Shown: positions 29,454 to 39,554 of the stretch, in pieces
Layout of the letters: each line of letters opens with the position of its first letter
How positions within the stretch are numbered: the first letter of the stretch is position 1
DNA from: a virus
Direction: 5' to 3' (one strand)
DNA: 64,000 bases
Virus record (IMG/VR): IMGVR_UViG_3300023174_007026
Location: 11,444-75,443 of that record
Notes under the pieces: model-generated
What the model was told of the DNA's origin: nothing
Databases searched by the model: none
Seen by the model: the letters and a program-made list of their open reading frames with translations, nothing else
Made by a program: the position numbers and the translations under genes

Positions 29454-29978
29454 ATGGTATATAGTTACCCACTTTATAATGTTTCCATTTGCAACTTCAA
29501 CGAACTGTTTGAATTTGTAAAACAACAGTTGCACGCTCAGTGCATCAAGTATAACTTGAGCAAATGTGATAATGATTATAAAAAGATGTTGATGCACTGC
29601 ATTGTCAAAGCATGTTGTGATGTAGTTGCTCAGCACAAAGATACCAAGTTGGTGTTTTTTGTGCAGCCATCAACATTGCAATGCAATGATACACTCAACA
29701 ACATCAAAGTATGTGCATGGATAACTGGCATTCTCAAGACCGTGCAGAGATATTTGCCACTCAAATGGTATGAGTCTAGTCACGACCTTGATTATTTTCA
29801 AGGTCTCATCAATCAAAACAAAGGCATCTCTTTTTTACATCAAATCAGCAACAAACAAACCAAAACAACCTATACGTTCAGTAGAGCTCAGCAGTTTGCC
29901 AAGAGATACAACTTGAACTTTCTAAGCCGCGTTTGCTTTAATGATTTGAAAATGCGGTATGCTTTATTAAATACATAA
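29454..29978 (+). CDS. Hypothetical protein
   Basis: ~174-aa ORF. Confidence 0.6.
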   Translation: MVYSYPLYNVSICNFNELFEFVKQQLHAQCIKYNLSKCDNDYKKMLMHCIVKACCDVVAQHKDTKLVFFVQPSTLQCNDTLNNIKVCAWITGILKTVQRYLPLKWYESSHDLDYFQGLINQNKGISFLHQISNKQTKTTYTFSRAQQFAKRYNLNFLSRVCFNDLKMRYALLNT

Positions 29979-29979
29979 C

Positions 29980-30441
29980 ATGAAAAGTAAGTTTGACTTG
30001 ATTCTCAAAAATGCGCGCCTCAGATATTTGGTGCATGAACAAAATGAGCAAGAAGCAGCAGCCATTGCAGCTCAATTGGGTGGTCAACCAGCTCCTGCTG
30101 CTGATCCTGCAGCTGCAGCACAATCTGCATTGCCTGATGCTGCTATGCCAGAGGAACCACAGGAACCAGAAGAGCCACAGCAAATGGAAAGCTCAGACAA
30201 AGCTCTTTACAAAGATGCAGTTGATCATTTGGTTGAAGCAGTGCATGATCTGATTATGAAAATCAAAGGAGATGAAGTTTCAATTGATACAGTTCGCTCA
30301 CAATACATTGAAATTAATGACAGTGATTTCAGAGCCATCACCAACACAGATGAAAACAACATTGCAGTCATTGTGCAAAACATTGACCAACTTGCTAACA
30401 AGATGCAAGCACCATTTCAGCGTGATGCTATAAACCTATAA
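29980..30441 (+). CDS. Late protein, possible internal head protein
   Basis: TAAATA at 29968; VHE motif; Ala/Pro/Glu-rich linker. Confidence 0.7.
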   Translation: MKSKFDLILKNARLRYLVHEQNEQEAAAIAAQLGGQPAPAADPAAAAQSALPDAAMPEEPQEPEEPQQMESSDKALYKDAVDHLVEAVHDLIMKIKGDEVSIDTVRSQYIEINDSDFRAITNTDENNIAVIVQNIDQLANKMQAPFQRDAINL

Positions 30442-31730
30442 TGAATAAATTCATTCCATTGTCTGATGTCTATTCAAATTTGAATAGCAGATATCATACA
30501 AAGCCTGCGGCCCCAACACCGTTCAAGTCTTTGCATGAGACATATAAACCTAGTGCACCAGTTGTGAACAAGAGATTGTATGTATTCAATGAAGATGTTG
30601 ACATTGTAGCACGTGATACAGCCAGCAATGAGTATGGAGAATATACTGTAGAAAAAGAGTGGTGGGACAATGTTATTACACATTATCTTGCCTTGCAGAA
30701 GAAAAATCCCAACATTGGCAGTGACATCAAAAAGCTGTTTGATTTGTGTGTGGATAAGAAGATCATCAAAACATCACAAACTGACAAATATGTAAGTCAG
30801 TTGGACTACCTATCATCCATCATGGATTACATCTATGATATTACTGATGATGCAGGTGAAATGTTGCAGAAAATGAAAAGCAACAATATTGGCAATGCAT
30901 TTATTTCCTTTCTCAATTCCAACATCAATAAAAGGGCCAATATTTTTGAATGGCTCAACTCAGCATACAATGCTAATTTTACCAAAGCCAAGAATTCAGT
31001 AGTTACCAACATTTGGCAGTTGTTGCGGCCAGTTAATCCAGGTCAAACACGTGGTTATGCTGGACCAGCAGAAGTGCCTGTTGCATTGTTTTGTGGTGGT
31101 GAAAAGGCTGTGATAGGTGACATTGATATCAATGGCAAGCAATTGGAACTCAAAGCCAATCGTGGCCGCATTGGTACACATTCACCATGGGTTCAAAATA
31201 AAAAAACCATTGATGCTTTCGTCAACAGCTTTGAAGGTAAACAGCCTAGCCAACCCAAGAAAAAGGGTAGCATTGAACAACAGGTACGCAATAAGATGAA
31301 TGAGATTGAAGATACAGTTGTTGATTCAACTGACACTGCTGCCTTGAGAGCAGTGGGAGCTCAAGGCAGCTTTGCTGATGTGCCTGTCGACATCATTGCA
31401 TCTGCAAAGTTGTGTGTTGAGCAAGGCATTGTTACTAACAAACAACAAGCAAGTGCATTCATTGGCATTTGCCAGCTCATTGAGTATGCTGCTAATCAAA
31501 AATTTGACTGGTTGGGAGTCATGAAGACCAATGCTGATGATTCATCAAATCCAAAAATGGGAACAATGTTTATTTTATCAAGCGCTGAGTTGGTGAATAC
31601 ATCTGCTGGATTATACGCACCAGACAAGATTTATAAGATTATGCAAATATTGGCATCTAGCAACATGGGTTTTGATAAACAATATGATGCTGCTGGTTAT
31701 GGCATTTCATTTAGATCTCAAAAGGACTAA
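30441..31730 (+). CDS. Late protein with putative PD-(D/E)XK nuclease-like motif
   Basis: GPAE...GDIDINGKQLELKA...GR. Confidence 0.55.
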   Translation: MNKFIPLSDVYSNLNSRYHTKPAAPTPFKSLHETYKPSAPVVNKRLYVFNEDVDIVARDTASNEYGEYTVEKEWWDNVITHYLALQKKNPNIGSDIKKLFDLCVDKKIIKTSQTDKYVSQLDYLSSIMDYIYDITDDAGEMLQKMKSNNIGNAFISFLNSNINKRANIFEWLNSAYNANFTKAKNSVVTNIWQLLRPVNPGQTRGYAGPAEVPVALFCGGEKAVIGDIDINGKQLELKANRGRIGTHSPWVQNKKTIDAFVNSFEGKQPSQPKKKGSIEQQVRNKMNEIEDTVVDSTDTAALRAVGAQGSFADVPVDIIASAKLCVEQGIVTNKQQASAFIGICQLIEYAANQKFDWLGVMKTNADDSSNPKMGTMFILSSAELVNTSAGLYAPDKIYKIMQILASSNMGFDKQYDAAGYGISFRSQKD

Positions 31731-32413
31731 ATTCGATTTGCAATGTAAAGCTTCTCAATGATGCTGTCAAAATCATTGTTCATGGGCACGCCATAGTAAT
31801 TGAAGAATGCTTGTTTAGCTTGTGTAAAATTAGCAGCAGTTTGCAATTTTTGTCTGAATGCTGATGCTTTGTAAGGTGCACCTGTATCAGGATCAACAAC
31901 ATCAGCCATGACACGTACATATCCTCTGCCTTGACTCAAAGGCAATGCTGCATCGCGCAATGTTTCATAAGGCTGCAAAAATGTAGGTTCCGGTGTTTTG
32001 ATTTTCATGTTGAGTCCAGTGCCTTTGTCAATGTTTTTAAATTCAAATCTTGGCTTGTCTGGCGGTATTGGATGTTGATCCTTGTATCCAACTGCCAGAA
32101 TCAGAATGCTGTCTGGAGAGCCTAGATGTGCGTAACTCTCACCTGCATATGGTGCTTTGACATTGATGACTTTGTCAGGTGCAATGCCCATGAGTTGAGT
32201 CATGACTTGCTGTTTTTCAGCAAAATTGAGAGGACTCTTGGGTACCTTGACAGAATCAGATGTTGCAAGATAAACATTGTTTTCACCATATTCTTCTGCA
32301 AGTTTATCATACACAGCTTTGTGATGTTTCAGCATGGGCTGAAATCTACCTGGATATACAACTACATACTGTGGCTGTGTTTGTTCAAAAAAGAATTGTT
32401 CAAAGTTAATCAT
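31727..32413 (-). CDS. HIGH-type (cytidylyltransferase-like) nucleotidyltransferase
   Basis: VVYPGRFQPMLKHH, SPL.F.EK, VG.KD, SAS.FR-like motif. Confidence 0.75.
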   Translation of the reverse strand: MINFEQFFFEQTQPQYVVVYPGRFQPMLKHHKAVYDKLAEEYGENNVYLATSDSVKVPKSPLNFAEKQQVMTQLMGIAPDKVINVKAPYAGESYAHLGSPDSILILAVGYKDQHPIPPDKPRFEFKNIDKGTGLNMKIKTPEPTFLQPYETLRDAALPLSQGRGYVRVMADVVDPDTGAPYKASAFRQKLQTAANFTQAKQAFFNYYGVPMNNDFDSIIEKLYIANRI

Positions 32414-33681
32414 ACGTCAAAACCTATTTCTGCAAGTGATGGAATACTGCCGCGGCGGTATCGTCGCATGCCTAAAATTTGGTTGGCAGGTGCAAATGCA
32501 CCTGTTATTTTGAAGAGTTTACCCGGTGCATCTGGTGATGAAAAAACAACACCTTCCAGTGCTGATGCTACATTGCTGATGGTTTGCAATCTCTTCATAT
32601 TGGATTGCAAAATTTGCATGCGTTGTTCACGGTGGGCATCTTGAGCTTGTTCTACTGCAGCAATGGTTTTTTCCAACTCTTTGTGCAATCGTTTGATCTC
32701 AGTACTCTGATCTTTGACAAAGAAAGAAGCTACACCTTGCAACACTTTGAAGCTCAATTCAAATACCAAGTCCTTGATGGGTTCAACAGCTTGTGATTGC
32801 TTTTTGAACTTGGAATCTGATGTACAAAAGTCAGAAACAATACCAGCATACTCCTTGTATTTTTTCTTGAGGGACACCGCATTGTCCTCAGATTTTTCAG
32901 ACACACACAATGCTATGTCAATGGATGCAGCCATGGAAACAATGTCTTTGAGTTTTTGCTTGATTGTAGCATACACAAAATCTCCAATGGTACCAGTATT
33001 GATATCAATGCTGTATCTGGCACACAACTCAGCAACGCCTTGTTCAAATTCACCATAACCTTGCTCATCATAGTTGATGAGTTGTGTAATTTTCGGACCA
33101 GCCCACTCCCACATTTTTTCATTTTGCTTTTCAGTCTTATTATCCATCAATTTGACCAGTTGATCAAAATTAGCTTGCAGTAACAAAGGTTCTTGACCTT
33201 TGGTAAATCTGGTCATGTTGTGCATCACAATGTAATTGCCAGAATACTGAATAACATTGGGATTTGAAGAATGCATGATTTCAGCATTGACCCATGTATC
33301 ACCATCTTCACCAAACAATTTATTTCTTACATTGTCATCCAATGCTTGCAATGCAGAGTTGATGACTGTGCCACCATCAGCAAATGCCAATTCAACTGCA
33401 CCGCGTCCAGCAAACTTTTGACGCAATTGCATCAAGCTCATGCCTCCACTCTTTACATCACCTGTGTTGCGCGCAAACATAGTTTGACCTTGCTGCTCAT
33501 TCCACGTAAAAAAGATATTCTGACCATCCACCTTTTCAATGGCCTGAATTTCACCTCTCATGAGGCCTTTGAACATGTGCAGCATAGTTGAAAATGGTAA
33601 GCTCATGTCTTCATATACAAACTGCATGTGACCAGCTGCTCCACCTTCATTTAATACAAAAAATTTATCAAATGATATCAT
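32410..33681 (-). CDS. Ligase/capping-enzyme-superfamily nucleotidyltransferase (DUF6267-like)
   Basis: EGGAAGHM, motif I EKVDG, motif IV EGVV, motif V FKITG. Confidence 0.7.
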   Translation of the reverse strand: MISFDKFFVLNEGGAAGHMQFVYEDMSLPFSTMLHMFKGLMRGEIQAIEKVDGQNIFFTWNEQQGQTMFARNTGDVKSGGMSLMQLRQKFAGRGAVELAFADGGTVINSALQALDDNVRNKLFGEDGDTWVNAEIMHSSNPNVIQYSGNYIVMHNMTRFTKGQEPLLLQANFDQLVKLMDNKTEKQNEKMWEWAGPKITQLINYDEQGYGEFEQGVAELCARYSIDINTGTIGDFVYATIKQKLKDIVSMAASIDIALCVSEKSEDNAVSLKKKYKEYAGIVSDFCTSDSKFKKQSQAVEPIKDLVFELSFKVLQGVASFFVKDQSTEIKRLHKELEKTIAAVEQAQDAHREQRMQILQSNMKRLQTISNVASALEGVVFSSPDAPGKLFKITGAFAPANQILGMRRYRRGSIPSLAEIGFDV

Positions 33682-33686
33682 TCATG

Positions 33687-33698
33687 TATTTATAAATA
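33687..33698. promoter_or_regulatory. Palindromic back-to-back late promoters TATTTATAAATA
   Basis: Perfect palindrome giving TATAAATA on both strands; start codons at 33681 (-) and 33704 (+) are each 11 nt from the TAAATA. Confidence 0.75.
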
Positions 33699-33703
33699 AT
33701 GTT

Positions 33704-34105
33704 GTGAATGACTTTGACAAACTCTATCAAAAAGCTGTAGTTATAGGCGTAAACTTGCCCATTGAGATACAAAACATTGGAACACTCAAAGCAAAAGCTG
33801 ATACAGGCAATGATGGATACTGTGTATTACATGGAACAAATGTTGACATACAACAAGGTTCAGTAACATTTGAAACTGTAGGTGGCAAACAAGTGCAATT
33901 TCCATGCAATGAAACTATTGATATTAACATTGGCAGTGGTAACATTGAAAAGAGACCAGTCATCAACTTGAACATAAAAATAAACGGAACACCTTATTCA
34001 AGTGTTCCGTTTTCTGTTGCTGACAGAAGCAGCAATGATGTTCCTATTTTGTTGGGCAAAGACTTCCTTGCTCAACACAATTGCTTGGTAGACCCAAGCA
34101 AATGA
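33704..34105 (+). CDS. Retropepsin-like aspartic protease (RimK-associated type)
   Basis: AKADTG, E.RPV, DRS, ILLG..FL. Confidence 0.82.
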   Translation: MNDFDKLYQKAVVIGVNLPIEIQNIGTLKAKADTGNDGYCVLHGTNVDIQQGSVTFETVGGKQVQFPCNETIDINIGSGNIEKRPVINLNIKINGTPYSSVPFSVADRSSNDVPILLGKDFLAQHNCLVDPSK

Positions 34106-34108
34106 AGC

Positions 34109-34750
34109 TTAATAGCGAGTTTGTGCAAATTCAATAAACTTATAAAACTCAGCTCTACTTGCACCACTTTCATCATGAAAAGCACCACTCACCCGCGCAG
34201 TTCTCATAGTTGAGTCGTGCTTAATGCCACGATTGCTGCAGCACGTATGATTACACTCAATCATGACTGCAACTCCTTTATTCTTTTCACAGACTTTATC
34301 TACATAATCAAAAATTTGTGAAGTTAGTGCTTCTTGAACTTGTGGTCGACGAGCAAACCAATCAACAATGCGATTGAGTTTGCTTAATCCGATAACTTTA
34401 CCATCTTTAGATGGTAAGTATGCAACATGTGCTCGACCTGTAAATTGCAGGTGGTGGTGTGAGCACATTGATACTACTTTGATGTTGTTTTGACAAACCA
34501 TGCCATCATAACCATCAATGTTATCAAAAGATGTAATGTTGGGCGGAGCAGAGTAACATCCTGCAATGAGATCATTAACCCATGCTTTGGCTACACGTCT
34601 GGGTGTATCAGCACTATTGGGATCATTCTTGAAGTCAAACTTCAGTGCTTTCATAAATTCAGCATAATGTTCTGCTGCTTGTTCAATCATAATCTGGCGT
34701 TCTTGTTCAGATTGCGGCAGATTTCCGTTGGCGTATTTGAGTAATTCCAT
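34109..34750 (-). CDS. folE: GTP cyclohydrolase I
   Basis: DTPRRVAK, SMCSHH, GLSKLNR, RPQVQE, H.C...RG. Confidence 0.95.
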   Translation of the reverse strand: MELLKYANGNLPQSEQERQIMIEQAAEHYAEFMKALKFDFKNDPNSADTPRRVAKAWVNDLIAGCYSAPPNITSFDNIDGYDGMVCQNNIKVVSMCSHHHLQFTGRAHVAYLPSKDGKVIGLSKLNRIVDWFARRPQVQEALTSQIFDYVDKVCEKNKGVAVMIECNHTCCSNRGIKHDSTMRTARVSGAFHDESGASRAEFYKFIEFAQTRY

Positions 34751-34796
34751 AGTTACAATGTAATGTATTATGCGCATGTTTCAACTAAATATATAC

Positions 34797-35867
34797 ATGA
34801 AAAAATTTGAACAGGCTCTGCTTGCAGCTGAACAACAAAACAAACTCAAGAGAGTCAGACTAAAATTGGATCCAAAAATCCGTGAAGCGCAGGACTACTC
34901 TCAATATGAAGGGTATGAAGGGTATGTTTTGAGTGAAACTGAAACACATGTTGAGATACAAATCAAACATCAACGCATCATGTTGCCCAAAGTAGTGTTA
35001 GAAAACAAGTTGATGGATTTTATCAGAGGTGGAGGTAGAGCCGTTGCAGATGCAAGTACAGCATTTGCACGCAATGCAACGCCAGGATTGGCAAGAGGTG
35101 CAGGAAATTTAATTAAGCAAGCCAAGCAAGCCAAGGATTATTATCTTGATCCCAATGCATCTTTGGCAACTAAACTTGGTAGAGGCATTGGCAAAGCAGT
35201 GAATGTAGGAGCTAATGTTTTGTTGAATCCAATGTATACAATCAAAGCTGCTGAAAGATTTGCATCTGCACCTGTTAGAGCAGCAAGCAGTCTATTGGGC
35301 ATTGACGCAGATAAAAAAAATGATGACGTCAAGGACTTGGGCAAACAAACTACATTTGAGTTGACTAGTCAAATGTTAAAAGATATTGATAAAGCATTGA
35401 TTGATACAGCAAATGCATCGAACCCTGGTCATACAAATGCACCTTTAGCATCAAATAAAATATTTTATTACACCATAACGGATAGAGACAATGCTAATGC
35501 AAAACAGCAGTATGTTGTTATACAAGCTGATATACTAGCACAATTTCCAGGCACCAGATCATACAGCAAGCAAAGAATACCCATTGGCAGTATGCATCAA
35601 TACGCTAATACAATACAAGCTGGCATTGCAGCATTAAAGAGGGCACCAGGTACAGGTCGACCTACACTGGATCAATCTTTTTTTGATGCACTGCAACAAG
35701 TTAATGTTATACTGAAGAATTATATATCCGGTATTTCAACAGATAAAAAGCAAGACATTGCTGTCAAAATATTGCACATACCTTCTCTGAAAGAATTTGA
35801 GACTGGTGGAGTACTTACTGATAAAACATTTAAAGACAGTTTCACATTATCAGAAAAATACGCTTGA
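34797..35867 (+). CDS. Late protein, possible virion protein
   Basis: TAAATA at 34786; MKKFEQ N-terminus; YEGYVLSE. Confidence 0.7.
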   Translation: MKKFEQALLAAEQQNKLKRVRLKLDPKIREAQDYSQYEGYEGYVLSETETHVEIQIKHQRIMLPKVVLENKLMDFIRGGGRAVADASTAFARNATPGLARGAGNLIKQAKQAKDYYLDPNASLATKLGRGIGKAVNVGANVLLNPMYTIKAAERFASAPVRAASSLLGIDADKKNDDVKDLGKQTTFELTSQMLKDIDKALIDTANASNPGHTNAPLASNKIFYYTITDRDNANAKQQYVVIQADILAQFPGTRSYSKQRIPIGSMHQYANTIQAGIAALKRAPGTGRPTLDQSFFDALQQVNVILKNYISGISTDKKQDIAVKILHIPSLKEFETGGVLTDKTFKDSFTLSEKYA

Positions 35868-35897
35868 TTTATTATAATTTGACATCACAATGATGTG

Positions 35898-36533
35898 ATG
35901 AAAACAAATTATATATCAACTAAAGTCATTGAATTAGGTTCTTGTGCATTCCGTCAATGGAAAGCTGGTCATTCACATTGCAGACACATGCATGGTTACC
36001 AACTGAAAGCTAAATTTTGGTTTGGTTGTTCAGAATTGGATGAAAAGAACTGGGCAGTAGATTTTGGAAGTCTCAAAGAGCTCAAAGCAAAATTGCAAGA
36101 CACATTTGATCATACATTATGTGTTGCTGCAGATGATCCATGCTTGTACATCTTCAAACAACTGCAGCAACTTGATGCTGTTGCATTGCGTGTATTTGAT
36201 ACAGGTGTTGGCATTGAACGTGCAGCAGAATTCTGCTTCAATGCAGCATCAGAATTTCTTAAAGAGAAATATGGTGATCGATGCTGGGTTGAGCAGGTAG
36301 AAGTATTTGAACATCAAGACAATTCTGTCGTTTACAAACCAGCAGCTGTGCAATTGCCACTTGTAGTTGCATCAGATGCTCCTGCTGAACCTTTACTTGC
36401 AGTAGAACAAACAGCGCCACCACTGGGTCTTGCGCCAGTTGCAGCACCGCAACGAGTACCAACGCCTGCACCAGTAGGTAATACTGTTACCAGCGGCAAA
36501 GGCAATTGGTTTGCAGGTACAACTTGGGGCTAA
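35898..36533 (+). CDS. queD: 6-carboxy-5,6,7,8-tetrahydropterin synthase QueD with Ala/Pro-rich tail
   Basis: HCRHMHGY, VDFG.LK, FDH, E.....E motifs. Confidence 0.88.
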   Translation: MKTNYISTKVIELGSCAFRQWKAGHSHCRHMHGYQLKAKFWFGCSELDEKNWAVDFGSLKELKAKLQDTFDHTLCVAADDPCLYIFKQLQQLDAVALRVFDTGVGIERAAEFCFNAASEFLKEKYGDRCWVEQVEVFEHQDNSVVYKPAAVQLPLVVASDAPAEPLLAVEQTAPPLGLAPVAAPQRVPTPAPVGNTVTSGKGNWFAGTTWG

Positions 36534-37279
36534 CAACCCAGTTTGCGTACGATGAATTTGAGAATCTGTGAACGCACAATCTCATTTTCACCAAACTTGC
36601 AAACATGAATGTTATTATTCTGGCTTTCCTCATCGTCAAAACAACGGACGATGTCTGGAAAGCCAGATTTGTTTCCAATGTCGCTCTGTTGTGTATCGCC
36701 AATGACTACATATCGTGAGTTGTGACCAAATCTGGTCAAAATAGTGACAATTTCACTCTTGGTAAGATTTTGAGCCTCATCAATGATTACCAGAGAGTCA
36801 TGAAATGTTAGGCCTCTGACAAAGTTTACAGGAATACATTTGATGAGACCTTCTTCTATTAGTGAAGAAGCAACAGTTGGTGCTACCAATTCATGCAGTT
36901 TATCCAACATAGGCAAACTCCATGGCTTGAATTTTTCATCCACTTCACCTGGCAGTGCACCAATGCTCTTAGTAGCAGATTCAACAATGCTGCGAATGTA
37001 GACAATTTGTTTGACTTGTTTGGCTTGCAACAATGTGAGACCTGCTAAAACAGCAATGTATGTCTTAGCAGTACCAGCACTGCCATCAACAAACACCATT
37101 TTTGTCTTGTTGTATACACACAAATCTAAAAATGTTTGGTGTACTTGATTGAGCGTATATTTGTTGCGTATACCCAGACCACCTTTTGCATTTGTAGATG
37201 CATTCTCTGAGGGATGTAGAACTTCATCCAGGTCGTCCAACTCTTCTAAACTGCGTCGAAGCCGGCGTTTTTTGCTCAT
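36530..37279 (-). CDS. phoH: PhoH-family ATPase
   Basis: GSAGTAKT, GALPG...EK, RGLTF, DEAQN, TRFG, GD..QSD, IVRS. Confidence 0.93.
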   Translation of the reverse strand: MSKKRRLRRSLEELDDLDEVLHPSENASTNAKGGLGIRNKYTLNQVHQTFLDLCVYNKTKMVFVDGSAGTAKTYIAVLAGLTLLQAKQVKQIVYIRSIVESATKSIGALPGEVDEKFKPWSLPMLDKLHELVAPTVASSLIEEGLIKCIPVNFVRGLTFHDSLVIIDEAQNLTKSEIVTILTRFGHNSRYVVIGDTQQSDIGNKSGFPDIVRCFDDEESQNNNIHVCKFGENEIVRSQILKFIVRKLGC

Positions 37280-37354
37280 ATGTCATGTGTATTTAGTCAT
37301 ATGTTCGTATTTTAATAGTTGAAACATCAGTGAATTACGTTATAATAGTGTAAT

Positions 37355-38128
37355 ATGAATAATCTTGATTTTGATCCTGCACAAGAAACCATCTTTTTAT
37401 CTGATGATAAACTCTTCTATACTATTGAAGGAGAAGGTGAATACATTGGTCAACCATCTGTTTTTATGAGAATGTCCATGTGCAATCTCACTTGCAAAGG
37501 CTTTGCTTCAGAAAGCGCTCCTCACGGTTGTGATTCATATGTTTCATGGTCTGTAAAGAACAAGATGACATTTGAAAGTATATGGAATGAGTTCTTTGTT
37601 AAACAAAAGTTTGCAGATAAACTAAAGAGTGGTGCTATTCTCAAATTTACAGGTGGTGAACCCATGATTCAGCAAAAGCAATTGCTCAAGTTTACTGAGT
37701 ATCTGGTACAACAACTAGGCATGCATCCCAAGATTGATTTTGAAACCAATGCGACATTGCTGCCAGATGAAAGATGGGTAGAAGATTTCAATGCTAGCTT
37801 TACAACTTCACCTAAACTGACAACCAATGGAGATGCAGAGAGCAAGACTTATGTTGCAGAAGTGTTGCGCTGGCATTCTCGACATTACAGTGGTTTCAAG
37901 TTTGTTATCAACAGTGACAAAGACATTGAAGAAATTTGGCGCAAATATGTGGAAGATGACAAAGGTATCAATGTTGATACCAACAGAATTTGGTTTATGC
38001 CTTGTTGTGGTTCACGTCAAGAGCACATTGAACGAGCTCCTGCAGTTGCTGAGTATGCTAAAGCAATGAATGTCAATTTTAGTCCGCGGCTGCATTTGCT
38101 GGTCTGGGATCTAGCTTTGCGTGTGTAA
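37355..38128 (+). CDS. queE: 7-carboxy-7-deazaguanine synthase QueE (radical SAM)
   Basis: FYTIEGEG..IG.P.VF.R, CX3CX11C, TGGEP, ETN, SPK, RLH. Confidence 0.9.
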   Translation: MNNLDFDPAQETIFLSDDKLFYTIEGEGEYIGQPSVFMRMSMCNLTCKGFASESAPHGCDSYVSWSVKNKMTFESIWNEFFVKQKFADKLKSGAILKFTGGEPMIQQKQLLKFTEYLVQQLGMHPKIDFETNATLLPDERWVEDFNASFTTSPKLTTNGDAESKTYVAEVLRWHSRHYSGFKFVINSDKDIEEIWRKYVEDDKGINVDTNRIWFMPCCGSRQEHIERAPAVAEYAKAMNVNFSPRLHLLVWDLALRV

Positions 38129-38147
38129 TGTTTTACTAAATAACAAC

Positions 38148-38612
38148 ATGAAAGATACTAATGCAGTGAGCAAAGCAATTGTTGTTCACAAAGATAAGAT
38201 TTTGTTGTTGAAACCATCAAACAAAAGCAAATGGCATTTGCCAGGTGGTCATTTGGTCAAAGGTGAAAACTTTCAACAAGGCATGATGAGAGAAGTGTAT
38301 GAAGAAACAGGCATACACATCAATCATTATGTGTGCATCAGCACTCAGCACAATTTCAAATTGTTTTTGTGCAAAGCACCCAGAGGCAATGTTAAACTCA
38401 GCAATGAACATGAAAAACATGCATGGTTGACTCCACAACAAGCCATCAAAACATTGGATATGACCAAAGAAACTTTGAGAGATATTCAATTGGTCATCAT
38501 GTGCATCAAGAAGTTTGGTATGTTTTTCTCTCAAAACACTGCAAATAAAACATCTGATGAGTTGCAACAAGAACAAGAGCAAGTAAATACAGCATATGGC
38601 AAAAAATCCTAA
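38148..38612 (+). CDS. Nudix hydrolase
   Basis: Nudix box GGHLVKGENFQQGMMREVYEETGI; TAAATA at 38137. Confidence 0.9.
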   Translation: MKDTNAVSKAIVVHKDKILLLKPSNKSKWHLPGGHLVKGENFQQGMMREVYEETGIHINHYVCISTQHNFKLFLCKAPRGNVKLSNEHEKHAWLTPQQAIKTLDMTKETLRDIQLVIMCIKKFGMFFSQNTANKTSDELQQEQEQVNTAYGKKS

Positions 38613-38835
38613 TACAGAAACCGAAACTGAAGCAGCTGATCCTCGCATTGTAGAGATCACAGTCAATGTATCACGCGGCGATAAGAAAGAATCAGTTGGT
38701 GCGCGATTCAACCTTGAGCATCTCATCAACATTGGCAAAACTTCTGGATTGGAAGCTGCTAATAATGAACTCAACAAACTCACCGGCAAAATTTACGCTG
38801 CAGCCAACGAAAAAGTCAAAGAAATCCTCAAATGA
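38596..38835 (+). CDS. Hypothetical protein
   Basis: 79 aa, coupled on both sides. Confidence 0.6.
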   Translation: MAKNPNTETETEAADPRIVEITVNVSRGDKKESVGARFNLEHLINIGKTSGLEAANNELNKLTGKIYAAANEKVKEILK

Positions 38836-39554
38836 GATTAGCAGTATCTGGCACAGCAAGCCAGGGCAAGACAACCCTCATCAAGGATTTTCTTGCTGTC
38901 TGGCCCATGTATAAAACTCCGTCCAAGAGTTATAGAGATGTATTGGTTGAAAACAACTTGCAGCATAGCAGCAAAACAACACAACACACTCAGCAATGCA
39001 TCTTGGATTTCATGGTCAAACAACTGAGTGAAACTAGCAAAGATGACAATATCATCATGGATCGTTGTCCCTTGGATAATTTAGTTTATTCCATGTGGAT
39101 GAACAGCAAAGACAACAAAGTTGTGACAGATAGTTTCATTGCAGATAGCATCAAAAAGATGCAACAAAGCATGAAACACATTGACATCATCTTCTGGATT
39201 CCATATTCTGAATCCATTGCAATTGCACCAGATGACTTGCGTGATACAGACTTGGAATACATCAAAGAAGTAGATGCATTGTTCAAGGAGATCTATACGC
39301 AGAACCTATATAATGTAGACTTCTCCTTGTTTCTCAAAGGAGACAGACCTCCCATCATCTCAATTTCTGGAACAAGGGAAAACCGCATCATGCAAATTGC
39401 AGACTATGTTGATTTGCAGGGAACTGTAGTGGAACCAGATGAGCAATTCATGAGCCAGCTAACAACACCAGAAGGTGCAAATCAGTTGGAACAACTCATC
39501 AAGCAGCAAAAATCAGCACTGCTTGATGAGACCGGCAATATTTTTGTCGGTTAA
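38832..39554 (+). CDS. P-loop nucleotide kinase-like protein (AAA_28 / dNMP-kinase type)
   Basis: GTASQGKTT, DRCPLD..Y, D..R. Confidence 0.75.
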   Translation: MRLAVSGTASQGKTTLIKDFLAVWPMYKTPSKSYRDVLVENNLQHSSKTTQHTQQCILDFMVKQLSETSKDDNIIMDRCPLDNLVYSMWMNSKDNKVVTDSFIADSIKKMQQSMKHIDIIFWIPYSESIAIAPDDLRDTDLEYIKEVDALFKEIYTQNLYNVDFSLFLKGDRPPIISISGTRENRIMQIADYVDLQGTVVEPDEQFMSQLTTPEGANQLEQLIKQQKSALLDETGNIFVG

